Source: Podarcis liolepis
Lineage: Eukaryota
Assembly: GCA_965112155.1 (NCBI GenBank)
Contig: OZ218104.1
Reading direction: 5' to 3' (one strand)
DNA: 64,000 bases
Of the stretch, positions 15,494 to 27,895 are shown piece after piece. Made by a program: the position numbers and the translations under genes. The first letter of the stretch is position 1, and the number at the start of each line of letters is the position of its first letter. The notes under the pieces were generated by a model, which was not told where the DNA came from, ran no database searches, and saw only the letters and a list, made by a program, of their open reading frames with translations.

Positions 15494-16778
15494 GGAAGCC
15501 TGCCTCACAGCATCACCAGGCAGGGGTAGGAGAGAACCTCCCTTCCTGAAACTTGGTGAGCCATTGCTGCCAGTAGCTGCAGGCAATATTGAGCTAGATA
15601 GACCAATGGTCTGACTCTCAGGCAGCTTCCCATGTTCCAATGACGAGTGAAAATATTGCTCTTTCATTGGGTACTTGCTTAGAACACCTGTTTCGTTTTG
15701 TTCTCCTTGCTGTGATTTTTGCTGGTGTTTATACTGCTCTAGCATTAGGTATTCCTTTTTTTTGTATTTGTTTGCTCCCCCAGACTTACCATTTTTGGTG
15801 ATGAAATAGCAGCGGATGCTTCTTCTAATACCCAAATGTTTGACTGCAGTCCTGTAAGGTGGTTGCTGGTGCTTGGGAAGGGGAGCAGGTACAAAAGACA
15901 AGGCTTTCAGCTGCAGCAACACAGAAGGATCCCTGTTGCTGGTTCTTTCAAATCATAGCACTTTGCTTTTTCTAGCAGCCCCTTGAACTGCCTGAATGTT
16001 CCTTTGTTGTTTGGCATCCAGTGAAATGCAGTGTCATGAGCCAATAACTCTTTCTGTGCTGTTGTGATTGCTGTTGTCATGTCTGGAATAAACTTTGCTA
16101 GATCCTGGCCATTCCTAGAAATCTTTGTACATCAACCTTATTCTTTGGACCAGGCATTCCAATGCTGGCTTTGATTTTAGTTGCATCAGGTATTAGGCCA
16201 TCTTTGGTTAACCTATGTCCTCAGGATTTAATTTCTGACATGGCAAATCTGCACTTTTCATTCTGTTTCAGGTTCCTCTCCCAATACCTGTCTGGAATTG
16301 GCTTCAGGCATTCTTGCTGATGTTTACCTACTATGATGTTGTCAGTTCAACATATGATGCCGTCATACAGGGGGCCTCTTCAGTCATTACCATTAAGTGG
16401 CTCTTGAAAACATTTCTTGTTTTGTTTGGCCTTTTATTGACTTTCTATGTGAGTTAGTAATGTAGTTGCTGCTGCTTTACTGTATTTAGTGGTGACTGGT
16501 TTAAACTAAATGCTCCTTTAAAAATATTTTATTGTTTGCTAGCTTTTGTAAAGTTAATGTGTAAATGTATTAAAATAAATAAAATGGCAACTGGATCAGC
16601 CTTTGGTACCTATATGGAGCTGAAGCGATACCAAATGGTAATTAAGAGAAAATTAATCACTAATGATCCAAATGTCCTAAATGGGAAGCATAAGAGGCAG
16701 ATCCTGCAAGAAGGAAGTTTCTGATTAGTAGCCTTGAAGAGCTGCAATGACACTTGGCTGTTCTTCAATCAACAGCAT

Positions 16779-17022
16779 GAGCCAGTGTGGTGTAGTGGTT
16801 AAGAGCGGTGGACTCGTAATCTGGTGAACTGGGTTTGCATCTCCGCTCCTCCACATGCAGCTGCTGGGTGATCTTGGGCCAGTCACACTTCTTTGAAGTC
16901 TCTCAGCCCCACTCACCTCACAGAGTGTTTGTTGTGGGGGAGGAAGGGAAAGGAGATTGTGAGCCGTTTTGAGACTCCTTCAGGTAGTGATAAAGTGGGA
17001 TATCAAATCCAAACTCTTCTTC
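16779..17022 (+). mobile_element. Squam2-like (CORE/MIR-related) tRNA-derived SINE
   Basis: gagccagtgtggtgtagtggttaagagc (A box), core gggtgatcttgggccagtcac...ctcagccccactcacctcacag, short (ctt) tail. Confidence 0.8.
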
Positions 17023-17058
17023 CTGCAATTGCATACTGTGAGAGGAAATTTCCACCAA

Positions 17059-19627
17059 CTAGCCATTCCTAAACTTGAAAAAAGAAGAAAGGAAATATGG
17101 ACAATCTAATATGAGGGTGGTCCATTCTGACAGAGGATCTGTTTTCCAGTTTCGGGGGTGGGGGTGGTTCTCTGCCTTCAAAGTTTTGGGAGATGGGTCA
17201 GTCAAGGAATTGATGGGCAAAACTTTCAGAAGCGGTCCTTTAACCATGATAATGACACCCAGTAGTTGTCCTGGTTTTTGCATAAAGTTCTTAGGGAAAT
17301 ATTTTGGCTATGTGGGGAACAAGCCTCTGAAATGCAGATGGTTTTAATGAGGATCCAGATACACCATCCACATTAGAAACAATTTCAAGCCACTGGAAAC
17401 TCACTATGGACTGTTATATGGAGCAGAGCAGAGTTGCAGTTATGTAAACTGGGGAGAAGGAATCCAAGCAAGAGTCACAGGGACCACAGTAGAAAGAAGA
17501 GTCCAGAACGAAGTTCAGTGGAGCACCGTCCTCCCCGCTCTCTGCCAACAGCCTGTGAGTTTCTGAGGAAAGTACACATCCCTCAGTCTGACGTCTCTGC
17601 TGCGACATGGGAAATTTGTGTTTTCAAAATTATACACACAGTGTGCCTAATTCAAGGAATGTGTTTAGCTGCACCCAAGCAACCGGCTGTGTGGTTTTAT
17701 CCCTGACTATGTGGAATACAATTGTTTTTGCTGTGCTGTGTGGAGCCGGAGGAGTGGCTGGGAACCTGAGGTGGTTGGTGCCTGCCCTGTTCCTGGCAAT
17801 TGCGTAAGAATGACACCTGAAAAAGTGGGTGACATATGTGAAAAGACGCCCCTTGAAGTCATCCGAGAGCCTTCCTGTTGTTTGCTTGGCACCTGGCTGC
17901 TCCAAGGCCATGGAGGTGAAGAGGGCAGAGGCCGCTACACAACAGGCCATGCAAGAGGATGAGAATGTGAAGTCACTAACCAAACATTGGTGATGAAATT
18001 AGCCAATATTGACTTGGCTTCAAAGGAGGGGGGGCGGGAGGGGGGGTGAAAGCTCTCCACAAATGGGAGAAAGTGGTTCCTGCTGCCTTCCTTTCCCCTC
18101 CCTTCCCATTGCACAACGGCTTGCTGCAGAGAGTCTCATAACACAAGTCATGGTAACCTTCCCCACCCATCAAGGCACGGAGTTCATTGTCCTCCATGGG
18201 GGGCCCTGTGCAGATCTTTGGTGCTGGATAGAAATAAGGTCTCTTACTGGTGCAGGTTGACGGCAGATAGAGGAGGGAGTTAAATCCAGCTAAAAGAGAG
18301 TGAAACCCAAGCACTGCAAAGGGGAGAGAGGAGGAATGGGGGACCCCCCCACCCCCCCACCCTAGTCTATGAAGTGGCATCTCTTGATAAACAAAAGGCT
18401 GGAGATGCTGCTGTTGGGTCTGCAAGCAGGAACCTCCCTAGAGCTAGTCCTCATGTTTGGGGAGGAAGGAGGCGATGGAGGCAAACCCCCAGAAAGTGAA
18501 CGAAACAGTCACGAGGAGGCTGTGGTGACTGAAAGCCTGATGGGGAGGGGGGAATTCCACAAGGTAGACCTTGCAAAGAGCCCATTTGCCCCTTCAAGAG
18601 CAGAGAGGCAGCACGGGCCACACCCACTCGCCCAACTTCTGCTTCCTGCAGCAGCATCACCAGGGCCCCTGCCAAGCTGTAGGTGCCTTCCTGGTAGGCA
18701 GAAGGGGAAGGGGAGAGTTTGTGGATGCTGCCGGCTGTGCTGTGCGCAAAAAAAACTCCGAGGATGGAGGAGACTGGATGGAGGATGGAGCCTGGGTAGG
18801 AAGGTGCCAGAGAGTCTGCTGCTGGCTTTGCACTTCTGGGGCCGAAGGAAAGGAGAGCATCTGGGATGGGTTACTGGAAGAGCTGCTGATGCATTCTGTG
18901 TGCATTGCGGGGAATCTTTCTCCCACTGTGCTAAATAGACCCCTCACCATTCTCTGTGCTCTGTCCAGGGATTCCGCCCCACAAAAGAGGTTTCAGGTGG
19001 TGTTACCCCCATAGCATGCCTGCCGCCCAGCCTTTCTGAGGGGAGCACTTTGTGGAGGCTTCTTGGGCAGCACTTGTTAGATCCCAAATGTTTAGCAGCC
19101 CTCCCTCGTGCCTGCAGACTGCCAGCCTTACGTAACTCAGGCTATCAGTTGATGCAAAGTTGAACCAAAGGGCTCCTGTCGACCGAACCTTGCAAGGTGA
19201 CAGGCAGAGTCATTGCTTGCATCAACTGGGAGGGAGGGAGGGAGGGAGGGAGACAGGGTGCCTTGCCAGGCACATTATGGTGGGGGAGAAATGTCTCAAG
19301 GCCAGCCTCGCTCTGCTGCAGCTACAGCCTGCAGAACTGGGCAGATCATCTTGGCACCAGCGACACTTCAGGGCGGGCAAGGGGGAAAGGGCTCACGGAG
19401 CCTGACGCTTGAGGGTGAGCCTGATGGGGCCCTAGAATTGGCCTTGAGGGACAGGTGTTGACCTGGCACTGCCAGTCATCCTGTTCTCTGCCCTCAGTGT
19501 TGTTCTGGCTGTGGAAGAGACCTTGTGCCACTTGCAAAGCTGGGAGGGGGGCTCCTTGGCACAGAAACACTATTGGTGCCAGCCAGAGAAGGCAAAGCAT
19601 TGACCAGCTATACTGACTGGTGGGCAT
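17059..19627 (-). pseudogene. Putative unannotated or decayed gene for a secreted or type-I membrane protein
   Basis: Signal-peptide-like exon 19627-19463, candidate Cys-rich exons 19365-19267 and 19188-19132, S/T/P-rich segment from about 18930, further acceptor-flanked open frames at 18289 and 17934, a frameshifted hydrophobic segment at about 17510-17420, strong donor at 17404 and acceptor at 17308. No family recognised; speculative. Confidence 0.35.
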
Positions 19628-20339
19628 TGTTTGCTCATGGGTGCTTTCTGAGCCAGGCTGTTCAGAAGCTACCAATTTCTTTCTCTCCCTCTAGGCCCAA
19701 GGTAGATACACATCCATTAGCTGCTTAGGCTAGTTCTCCACCCCCCCTCCAGAAATGAGATCTGCCTCTTTGCTGGAGATTAATGGGGTCCCTGTCAGGC
19801 AGGTACCCTTTGATCTTCAGCTGCTGGGGGTGTGGTGGGGCTGGCTGCCTGTGGTTGGAGGAGGGCGGTAGGACTGTTGTTGCTATCGGGACACCTCCTC
19901 TTCGCTTGCTTGCGTGCGTGGATGTGGGTGGGGGGGAACATTTGGGACTCATTAGTGCTTTGCAACGTGGAGCTGGAGATGATGGGATGAATGCAGCTGA
20001 TTGCATCAGGCCAAGACTGCCAGGCTAAGCCTTGGACCACTGAGGCACTGAGGAAATTAACACACCCCTCTCCACTGTGGGCACCCAGCCTCTGCAGGCC
20101 CAATATCCTCCAGCAATGAGGGTTGCAATCTGGCTGCCCCTGGTACTGGAGGGGTGGCATACTCACCTGACCTGCCAAGGCCAGACTGGGAGGGGCCCTA
20201 CCCCAATTTTGTGCTCGCACTTCACAAACGGGATCGGGGAGTTGTGGGGGGTGTAGATGGCAGTCGAAGGGTTAACATTCAGGCAGTGTTTGCTCCAGAT
20301 GTTTGGAGCTAGACTATTACTGAGCTGGTGTGTCTGTGT

Positions 20340-20604
20340 GTCCTGATTGGGGGGGGGGGAGTGCAGCCCTCCCTATCAGCCAATCATTAAAGGTCTCCAA
20401 GCTGACACCCAGTTCTTGGCTGGGAATCTGCAGTGGGGCCCTGTTGTGCTCCTGCCCGCCTATCCCACATAAAAGGGCCCAGGGAAGGCTCTGATCTCCC
20501 CATTCAGCAGCTCCAGAGCAGGCAGAGCGGCCTGCCAGGTTCATCAGAGGTGCCTCGTTCGCCCACCTTTGCCACCACACAAAGCTGCAGCTGCTGCCAC
20601 ATAG
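20340..20604 (+). promoter_or_regulatory. TAT: Probable TAT promoter and non-coding first exon
   Basis: ATTGG (20346), CCAAT (20380) overlapping an HNF1-like aatcattaa, TATA-like CATAAAA (20468-20474), then strong donor ATAG|GTAAGA at 20604/5. The first TAT coding exon has an acceptor at 22402, so an upstream non-coding exon is needed. Confidence 0.6.
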
Positions 20605-21705
20605 GTAAGAGGCTCCTTGAGGTGCCACCTGTAAGCCTGACGGGGTCTGAGCTGGTGTCCACGGTCCCTGGGATGGAGTCCTCTGCGGGGAACAAGCACC
20701 GCATGAAGGGCTGCAACAAAGTGGCGGAGGCAGAACTCAGGTGCTTTTCCTGGGACACCCCTGTCCCAGCATGTACACCCTCCGGAGACCAGGAATGACC
20801 TGAGCAGACACAACAGAGAACCTGGAGGTGGACAATTGCAAAGGGACTGGCCTGGCCTCTTGGGCCAGCGGAGGCTCTGGAACAAGGAACCGAGGAATTC
20901 TGGCATCTGTGGAGAGTGGTTTTGACGTCTGTGTAGCTTGTTCCAAGAGGAGCCAGGACTTGAGGTGGCTCGGGGTGGAGGGTGCAGGCTGGCTTTATCT
21001 TGGGAGGCAGGTGGCACCACACCTGCAAACACATTTACTGCCATATTATGATTATTGTTTTATTCTGGGAGTACAGAGAGGAAATGACTTTTCAGCCAAT
21101 GTGAAGAGGTTCCTTGGCCTTTTGCAGCTGGCACTGGAGACTTCTTAGTTGTGCCCCTGGCTCTCATGTGCCCTTCTTGCCCAGGGAGCCACCAGCTGCC
21201 TCTCACTCACCTTGCTGCTTCCTTTGCCACATCCCACCAGCTTTGCCTTCTCAGCTCTCTCCAGCTGTGCCAGATTCTTTGGAGCGAGACGGGGGGGGGG
21301 ACAGAGGGAGGGAAGGGGGCAATGCAAGTCATATTTCTCCCAAGGCAGGTGCAGGGCTCCTTCCCTTCTTTCTCTCCTGGTCCAATGTTTGCTGGGTTTT
21401 CCCTCAGTGTTTTACAAGGACAGTGGCTGACTCAGCCCTTGGATCTTGCCCATAAGATCCCTTGGTGGTGATTCTCAGGTTCCGACGACACTGTTTGGGC
21501 TTTTCAAATGGCATTTGAAATCCCTGACAAATTACTCCCTTTTGTTCTTAAATCTGTTTCTATAATTAATCAATTTGACTTTTTAAAAAATCATGGCTTA
21601 AAGACAAACAGCCTAAAACACTTTACAAGATTTTTCATAGTAGACCAAAATTCATTTACACACCCCTTTTTGAGTTCTAACAGTGCTTCAACAATACTCT
21701 CTCAC

Positions 21706-21790
21706 TTATCCTAACAGCAACCCTGAAAGGTAGGTCAGGAGAGAATGGCTTCCCTGAGGTCACCCAGTGAATTTATACTGGAGATGAACT
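21706..21790 (-). mobile_element. MIR/Squam2-like SINE fragment
   Basis: ttatcctaacagcaaccctgaaaggtagg...gaggtcacccagtgaattt core sequence. Confidence 0.55.
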
Positions 21791-22404
21791 CCAAAGTGAA
21801 GAATGGGGGTGTCCTCCTACCCCCAGCACTTAGACACAACTAGACAAATATATTTTGAAAGAGAACTTGGTCAAAGCCTGCCCAACACACACACACGCAG
21901 TGGTGTCTTGTCATTCACATGCCAAGTACATGCTGTCCCTACCTCTGTGGGAAGGAGGGCATAGAGGGAAAACACATTTCCCTCATCCAAGTTGGCCTCC
22001 AGCCCAACTGCAGTTCTTGCCCCACTCCCCACACATCTCTACCCCCTTTTACCAGCTTCCCTGCTGTGAGGCTTGATCAGGGTCCTGCTAGGGGGATGTG
22101 GCAGCTGACTTGGCTCCTCCTGCACTAAGAGCTGCCTGCTCAGGACTGGCGCTTCCACCCATGGACGTAGCTTGGATTTTTGTTGGGGAGGGGCAGAATC
22201 AACATGATTGGTCAGTTAAGTATTTCTATTGTTTTACTTTATCTGGGGGGGGGCAGCTCCCCCCCCCACTGCTGCCCCTTGGCTGTGCCCATGTCTCCAC
22301 CCAATTCTGCCATGGCAGTGGCCTTGAACAGACAGCAGCCTTGAAGAGAGGATTGTGTAATCATGGATGTTGGCCCACCTGCTCTTTGCACTTCCTTTCC
22401 AGCG

Positions 22405-25400
22405 ATGGAATCCTACCTGATCCACGTGAATGGCAAGACGTCCCCGCCCTCCATCCTCGATGTCCATGTCAGCCTCAATGGTGGGAAGGGTCCTTCTCTG
22501 GGCAAGGGGAAAAACCGCAAGGCCCACTGGGCCGTCAGGGCTTCTGAAATGTCCAAGAGGACCTTCAACCCCATCCGAGCCATTGTGGACAGCATGAAGG
22601 TGGAGCCCAACCACCAGAAGCCCCTGATCTCTCTGTCCATAGGTAAGCAGGTGGGCTATGGAGGGACCACAAGGTGGGGGCTCCTGCCAATGCCCCACCC
22701 TCAAGTGACATGGATTCCCCTCATGTTTCCCCACAGGGGACCCAACTGTGTTTGGGAACCTCCCAGTAGATGATGAGGTCATCCAAGCGATGAAGGAGGC
22801 CCTGGATTCTGGGCAGTATAATGGCTATGCCCCCTCAGTAGGTAAGTCCTGGGAGATGCTTTCAATGTATGCAGCCCCTATTTTGCTTTTGCTACAAAAG
22901 TCTAACATGCCAACTCTTCTGGGAATCCTCTACACAGGGTACTTGTCTTGCCGGGAGGTGGTCGCAGGCTACTACACCTGCCCAGAAGCCCCCTTGGAAG
23001 CCCAGGTAACTGACCCTGACTGCTGCATGCATTGCCATCTGACCTTGATGCTGAGAAAATTAGCTTTTGCAAACCCTGGCCAGCACCTCCACAACTCACT
23101 GTACTGGAACTGGAGCTTGCCCAGATAGGATCCTGGGCCTGGAATCTTTATTAGGAACCCAGGAAGCTGCTTTATACTGAGTCAGACAACTGGTCCACCT
23201 AGCTTGGTATTGTTCACATTGACAGGCAACATTGAACATTGTCTCTCCAGGGTTTCAGGCAGGGAGTCTCTCCCAGCCAAGTTGATGCCATTGGGGATTT
23301 AACCTGGGACCTTCTGTATGCTAGCAGGGACCCCCCCTTCATTCCAGGCTCCTGGCCAGGAATTTCCAGAAAGAGCCAGTGAAGAAACCTTTCCCTCCCA
23401 CCTCCCTCCCCTCCTGTGCTTCTTCTGGGCTAGTCTTTCCTGGTGGTTGCTACCCGCCAGGCTCACGGCTGCCTACTCTGCTCCCTCTTCCTTTGCAGGA
23501 CGTGATCCTGACAAGCGGCTGCAGTCAGGCCATTGAGCTGGCCCTGGCTGTGTTGGCCAACCCCGGGCAGAACATCCTGGTGCCACGGCCTGGTTTCTCC
23601 CTCTACAAAACCCTGGCTCAGTCCCTGGGCATCGAGGTCAAATTCTACAACCTCTTGGTAAGCTGGGGCAGGAGGTGGCGCAGCAGAGAGGCATGGCACC
23701 AGCAGGAAGACAAGCAGGAGCTCCCTTGCAGGGCTCTGCCTGCCTCTCCACAGAGCTCAGCTATAAAGAAGGGCTGCCTGTTGATGCGGGTTCAAGGCCT
23801 GGGGACCTGTTCTCCATCTCCCCTTCTTTAGACTGGGCCCAAACCCAGGCTGGGAGGTGTTGCAGGGCTCTTGGAAGAGAAAAGGGGGGGTCAGTATCCT
23901 GACCAGTCGACAGTTGCTCCAACCGCCATCCCTTTTCACCTGCCCAGGACCTCCGGCCCACCCTGACCCTGGCAGGAAGCCTGGTTCATGGGTACCAGGC
24001 TGAGGTCCTGAAGTGGGGGCATTCCTCACCTCTTCCTCCCTTTTCTTCTCCCTGCAGCCAGAGAAATCATGGGAAATTGACCTGAAGCAAATGGAGTCGC
24101 TGGTGGATGACAAGACAGCTTGCTTGATTGTGAACAACCCATCTAACCCCTGTGGCTCCGTTTTCAGCAAAAGCCACCTCCAGAAGATCCTGGCAGGTGA
24201 GGATCCCCCACCGTGTGTGTGTGTGTGTGTGTCTGTGTGTGTCTGTGTGTCTGTGTGTGTCTGTGTGTGTTTATCCCAGGCCTTGCTCTGGGGAAGAAAG
24301 AAGGAAACAGAGTCAGGGGGCTGACTAGATTTCTTTCTGTCTGTCTCTCTTAGTTGCCTCCAGGCAGTGTGTCCCCATCTTGGCCGATGAGATCTACGCT
24401 GACATGGTGAGTGAGGCAGAAGCACCCCTGGCCCCTCGGAAGGCCAAGCACAGCAGCTGGAACCCTTCTTCCCGGGAGAAGCTCCCTCCCATGTTCTGAC
24501 ACATGGCTGGGAAAGCAGGGAGTGGGGTGGGTCTGCCTGAGGTGGCTTGGTCTTCTCCGCAATCACAGCCAGCTGCACTAGCATCCCCCTTACCTGCTTC
24601 ACACGCCCATTAGGTGTTTCTATCACTACTTACTCTGGTATTCCTCCTTCTGCACTCCTCCCCCCCCCACTAGGTGTTTGAAGACTGCAAATACGAGTCC
24701 CTAGCAAAGCTCAGCACCAACGTGCCTATCCTCTCATGTGGAGGCCTCGCCAAGCGGTGGCTGGTGCCTGGCTGGAGAATGGGCTGGATTCTCATACATG
24801 ATCGCAGGGAGATCTTTGGGAAGGAGGTAAGTTGGCAGAACTCTGTGCTGCCCTGACTTTCTGCACCCGATCCAGGAGCTGGTGTGATGGAGGAAAAGAG
24901 TTCATGCCCCCCACCGCTTCACAGCCACCCTCTGAGCCTGATTCATGTAGCCTTTGTGCCCCAATGCCCACTGTCTGTGCTAGGATGTCAAGGAGGCAGT
25001 GTTCCCTGCCTCCTGGGTCTGGTCAGTGAAAGGCTGCCCGATGCCCCCTACTCCAAATGGGCTCTGAACAGGAACAAGTTGGTTTGAGTAGCAGCTGCTT
25101 CTTGAGAGGGCGAGGAGATCCCTCCCCCACTTCCTGTGCCCTCTACACTGGTGGGAGTTCTGCACGGGTTCCCTCCATAGCACCCATGGTAGGATGCAGA
25201 CTCTCTTTCCCACCTTCCCAGCTCTGCCTTTGGTTTGGGGGCACCCTGAGCCACAAGAGGGCTCTTGCTGTGACTGCGGAATTTCACTCTCTTAGATCAG
25301 CTTGGGGATCAGGTCGTGCCCCTCCCTACTGAGCTCTCTCTCCCTGTGCATCTTTCAGATCAGAGACGGCCTCCTGAGGCTGAGCCAGAGGATCCTGGGG

Positions 25401-27895
25401 CCCTGCACAGTTGTCCAGGGAGCTCTCAGCCGCATCCTTCGCCAGACGTCCCCGGAATTCTACCACAACACCCTCAGCTTTCTCAAGGTACATCCCTTCT
25501 CTTTGAAAGGGAAGGGAGAAAAGAAATAGGAACAACAAACATATAAGTAAAAGCAGGACTAGACCAAAAGAGCTATTAAAAACAGAGTGGGTGGGGAGCA
25601 CCAGGGAGTGCTCCTGTCTCTCAAAGCCCCTCTTGCTTATCTCTCCCAACTCCTTGGAGGGCAACAGGGATGCTCCCCAGCCCATAAACACCGCTTGGGT
25701 GGTGGGAGTGGACAATGTGACTCCTCTCACCCTGGGGAGCTGCACTGGCCTGGAGGGGGCAAGGAGGTGCTCAGCACAGCCCCCACAGCCCCTCCCTGTT
25801 GGAACTGATTGGTTCATTTAATAATCCAGCTTGGCATGAATTGGTCAGTGAAACTGTTACAGTTAAAGGAATGTGCGTATTAATGAAATCTCTGCATAGA
25901 TTCCTTTTTGAGATTCCATTGATATGCTAGTTCGGAAGGCTGGACCTCAGCTCAATGGTAGAGCAATCTGCTTTGCACACAGAAAGTCTGAGGTTCTACA
26001 TCTCCAGGCAGAGCTTGGTGAGACTCTCTATCTAAAACCCTGTAGGGCTGCTGCCTGTCCGTGCAGGCAATACTGAGCTGGATGGGCCAATGGTATAAGG
26101 CAGTTTCCTATGCCCTTGTGAATGTTAAGCGTCCCTATTTTATATTCATCCAATGTAGTAATATATACTCTCAACTATTCCCCACCACATAGCACATCAG
26201 AGCCAAACACTGTGTCAAAAGCTTTGCTCTTTTCAGCACTGGGAAGACCCAATATTCATGGCAGTGAGCATGGAAATAAATGACAGCTGCGGGATGGGGG
26301 GGGCACTCAGTGGAATGCACACACCTGGAGCACTGGGAAAATAACACAGTGCAAGTGTGGACAGGGCTGGCAAGCAGGTCACTTTTTTGTGGTCCCATCA
26401 GTTCCCAGGGTGGGCAGGTTTTAATTCATCAACAATGTACCCTTTTAAGCCTTTATCCATGGTGAACACCATAGTGTTGGGTGGTCCCAGCGGGGACCCT
26501 GGGATGCTTGTGCCTGCTATCTGACCTGACTCCTCCTCCTTCCTCCTTCCCTTTGCAGTCCAATGCTGACCTCTGCTATGATTCCCTTTCCACTGTCTGT
26601 GGCTTGCAGCCTGTCCGGCCGTCGGGGGCCATGTACCTCATGGTGAGTGGTTTCCTGTCACTTGCAGAGCTTTGCCCCTGAGATGGGCAAATGCCAGGCA
26701 GATCATCCCTAACTCTGTGTTTCCTCCTCTTCCTTGCTGCAGGTGGGCATTCAGATGGAACACTTTCCAGAGTTTGAGAATGATGTGGAGTTCACAGAGA
26801 GGCTCATTGCTGAGCAGTCCGTCTTCTGTCTGCCGGCCACGGTGAGCATCTTTATTTGCAAGAGAGTTATGGGAGGCCCTGGGAGTTACTGGAGCCCCGG
26901 GAGCTGTACTTGGCAGAGAAGAGGTACTCGGCTCGGCTCCACTTTCCCTGGGCCTCTGCTGCTCAGCTGGCCCCCACCTGCCTTTCCTCTCCTTTAGCTG
27001 GTCTTTCTTCTAGATGCTTGTGATTGGCAAGGCACTCCCACCATGCATGGCATGAGGGGACATTGCTTGCATTTCACAATCTCAGTGCCAGCTGGCTCAG
27101 CGCCCACACCCCTGGCTGCTGAACAATGGCACCTTGTGAGGTGCCGCGAGGCTCCTTTCCCCAGATCCCCAGCCGCTTGCTCCCTCCTGCTACGTGGGCC
27201 TTGGAGAATGGCCATTGCACTTGCCGGCAGCACCATTCCTTGAGACAAGCCTGCTGGATCAGGCCAATAGCCCATCTGGTCCTGCATCCTGTTCTCACAG
27301 TGGCTGATCAGACGTCTGTGAGAAACTGACAAGCTGGTTTCTCAGCACTCCTTGTGTGGAACAACAAGCAAGACAGGTGCTGTCACCACATTGCTTGCCC
27401 TTGGTCGACTCTACACCGACTAGCAGCAGCTCTCCCAAATCTCGCTTGGAGAGAGTGTCCCCTTGCCCAGACTCTTCCATTGGGAAAGGCAGGGAGATCA
27501 GCCAGGAATATTCTGCATGCAAAGCAGGAGGTGTTGACCCTCCCCTTAACATGCCCACCCCAAACTCCTTCACATTTATCCTACCCGGTCTTGGTGTCAG
27601 AGTCTGGTGTGTGCAGGATTTCCAAGGCACCAGAGATGGTCCTTCGAGGCTCTCTCGCCACTCCTTAGGGAGTCAGCCTTGTAAAGGATCCACATGGTGG
27701 CCCCTGGCCCCTGATGCCATCTCAATGGTCCTCTTCTGCTTCTTCTGACAGTGCTTTGAGTACCCCAACTTCTTCCGTGTGGTGATCACAGTGCCCGAGG
27801 AGATGATGGTGGAGGCCTGTCGGCGCATTCAGCAATTCTGCGAGAGGCACTACGAAGGCGGCGAAGGATCCCAGGACCTGGAATGTGACAAGTAG
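22405..27895 (+). CDS. TAT: Tyrosine aminotransferase, 456 aa, 11 coding exons
   Basis: Exons 22405-22642, 22737-22841, 22938-23005, 23499-23657, 24058-24196, 24354-24406, 24674-24826, 25359-25487, 26559-26642, 26743-26841, 27752-27895 (1371 nt, in frame). Motifs [36 protein letters not shown]-lysine [19 protein letters not shown]-terminus QDLECDK*. Confidence 0.98.
23152..23327 (-). mobile_element. Squam3-like SINE in TAT intron
   Basis: aggaagctgctttatactgagtcagac...ctctccagggtttcaggcaggg...aacctgggaccttctgtatgc; same family as 14624 and 25942. Confidence 0.75.
24213..24270. repeat. (TG)n/(TGTGTGTC)n compound microsatellite
   Basis: Directly visible, starting about 16 nt after the TAT donor at 24196. 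Confidence 0.9.
25942..26115 (+). mobile_element. Squam3-like SINE in TAT intron
   Basis: cagctcaatggtagagcaatctgctttgc (tRNA-like head)...aatactgagctggatgggccaatgg...taaggcagtttcctatg. Confidence 0.75.

Larger units (their letters stand above)
14624..15638 (+). mobile_element. Squam3-like tRNA-derived SINE split by two later insertions
   Basis: catctgctttgcatgtagaatgtcccaggttcaatccc (B-box-like) resumes after about 15515 as accaggcaggggtaggagag...gagctagatagaccaatggtctgactc...ggcagcttcccatgttcc. Confidence 0.75.

Noticed and set aside
19930-19950. Glucocorticoid-response-element-like ggaacatttgggact upstream of TAT
   Set aside because: The second half-site is too degenerate to call without conservation or binding data.
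23757-24626. 289-aa antisense ORF over TAT
   Set aside because: Crosses introns and a microsatellite (THTDTQTH repeats); shadow ORF.
25942-26000. tRNA-like sequence (also at 14624, 16779, 37835)
   Set aside because: Heads of tRNA-derived SINEs; no complete cloverleaf.
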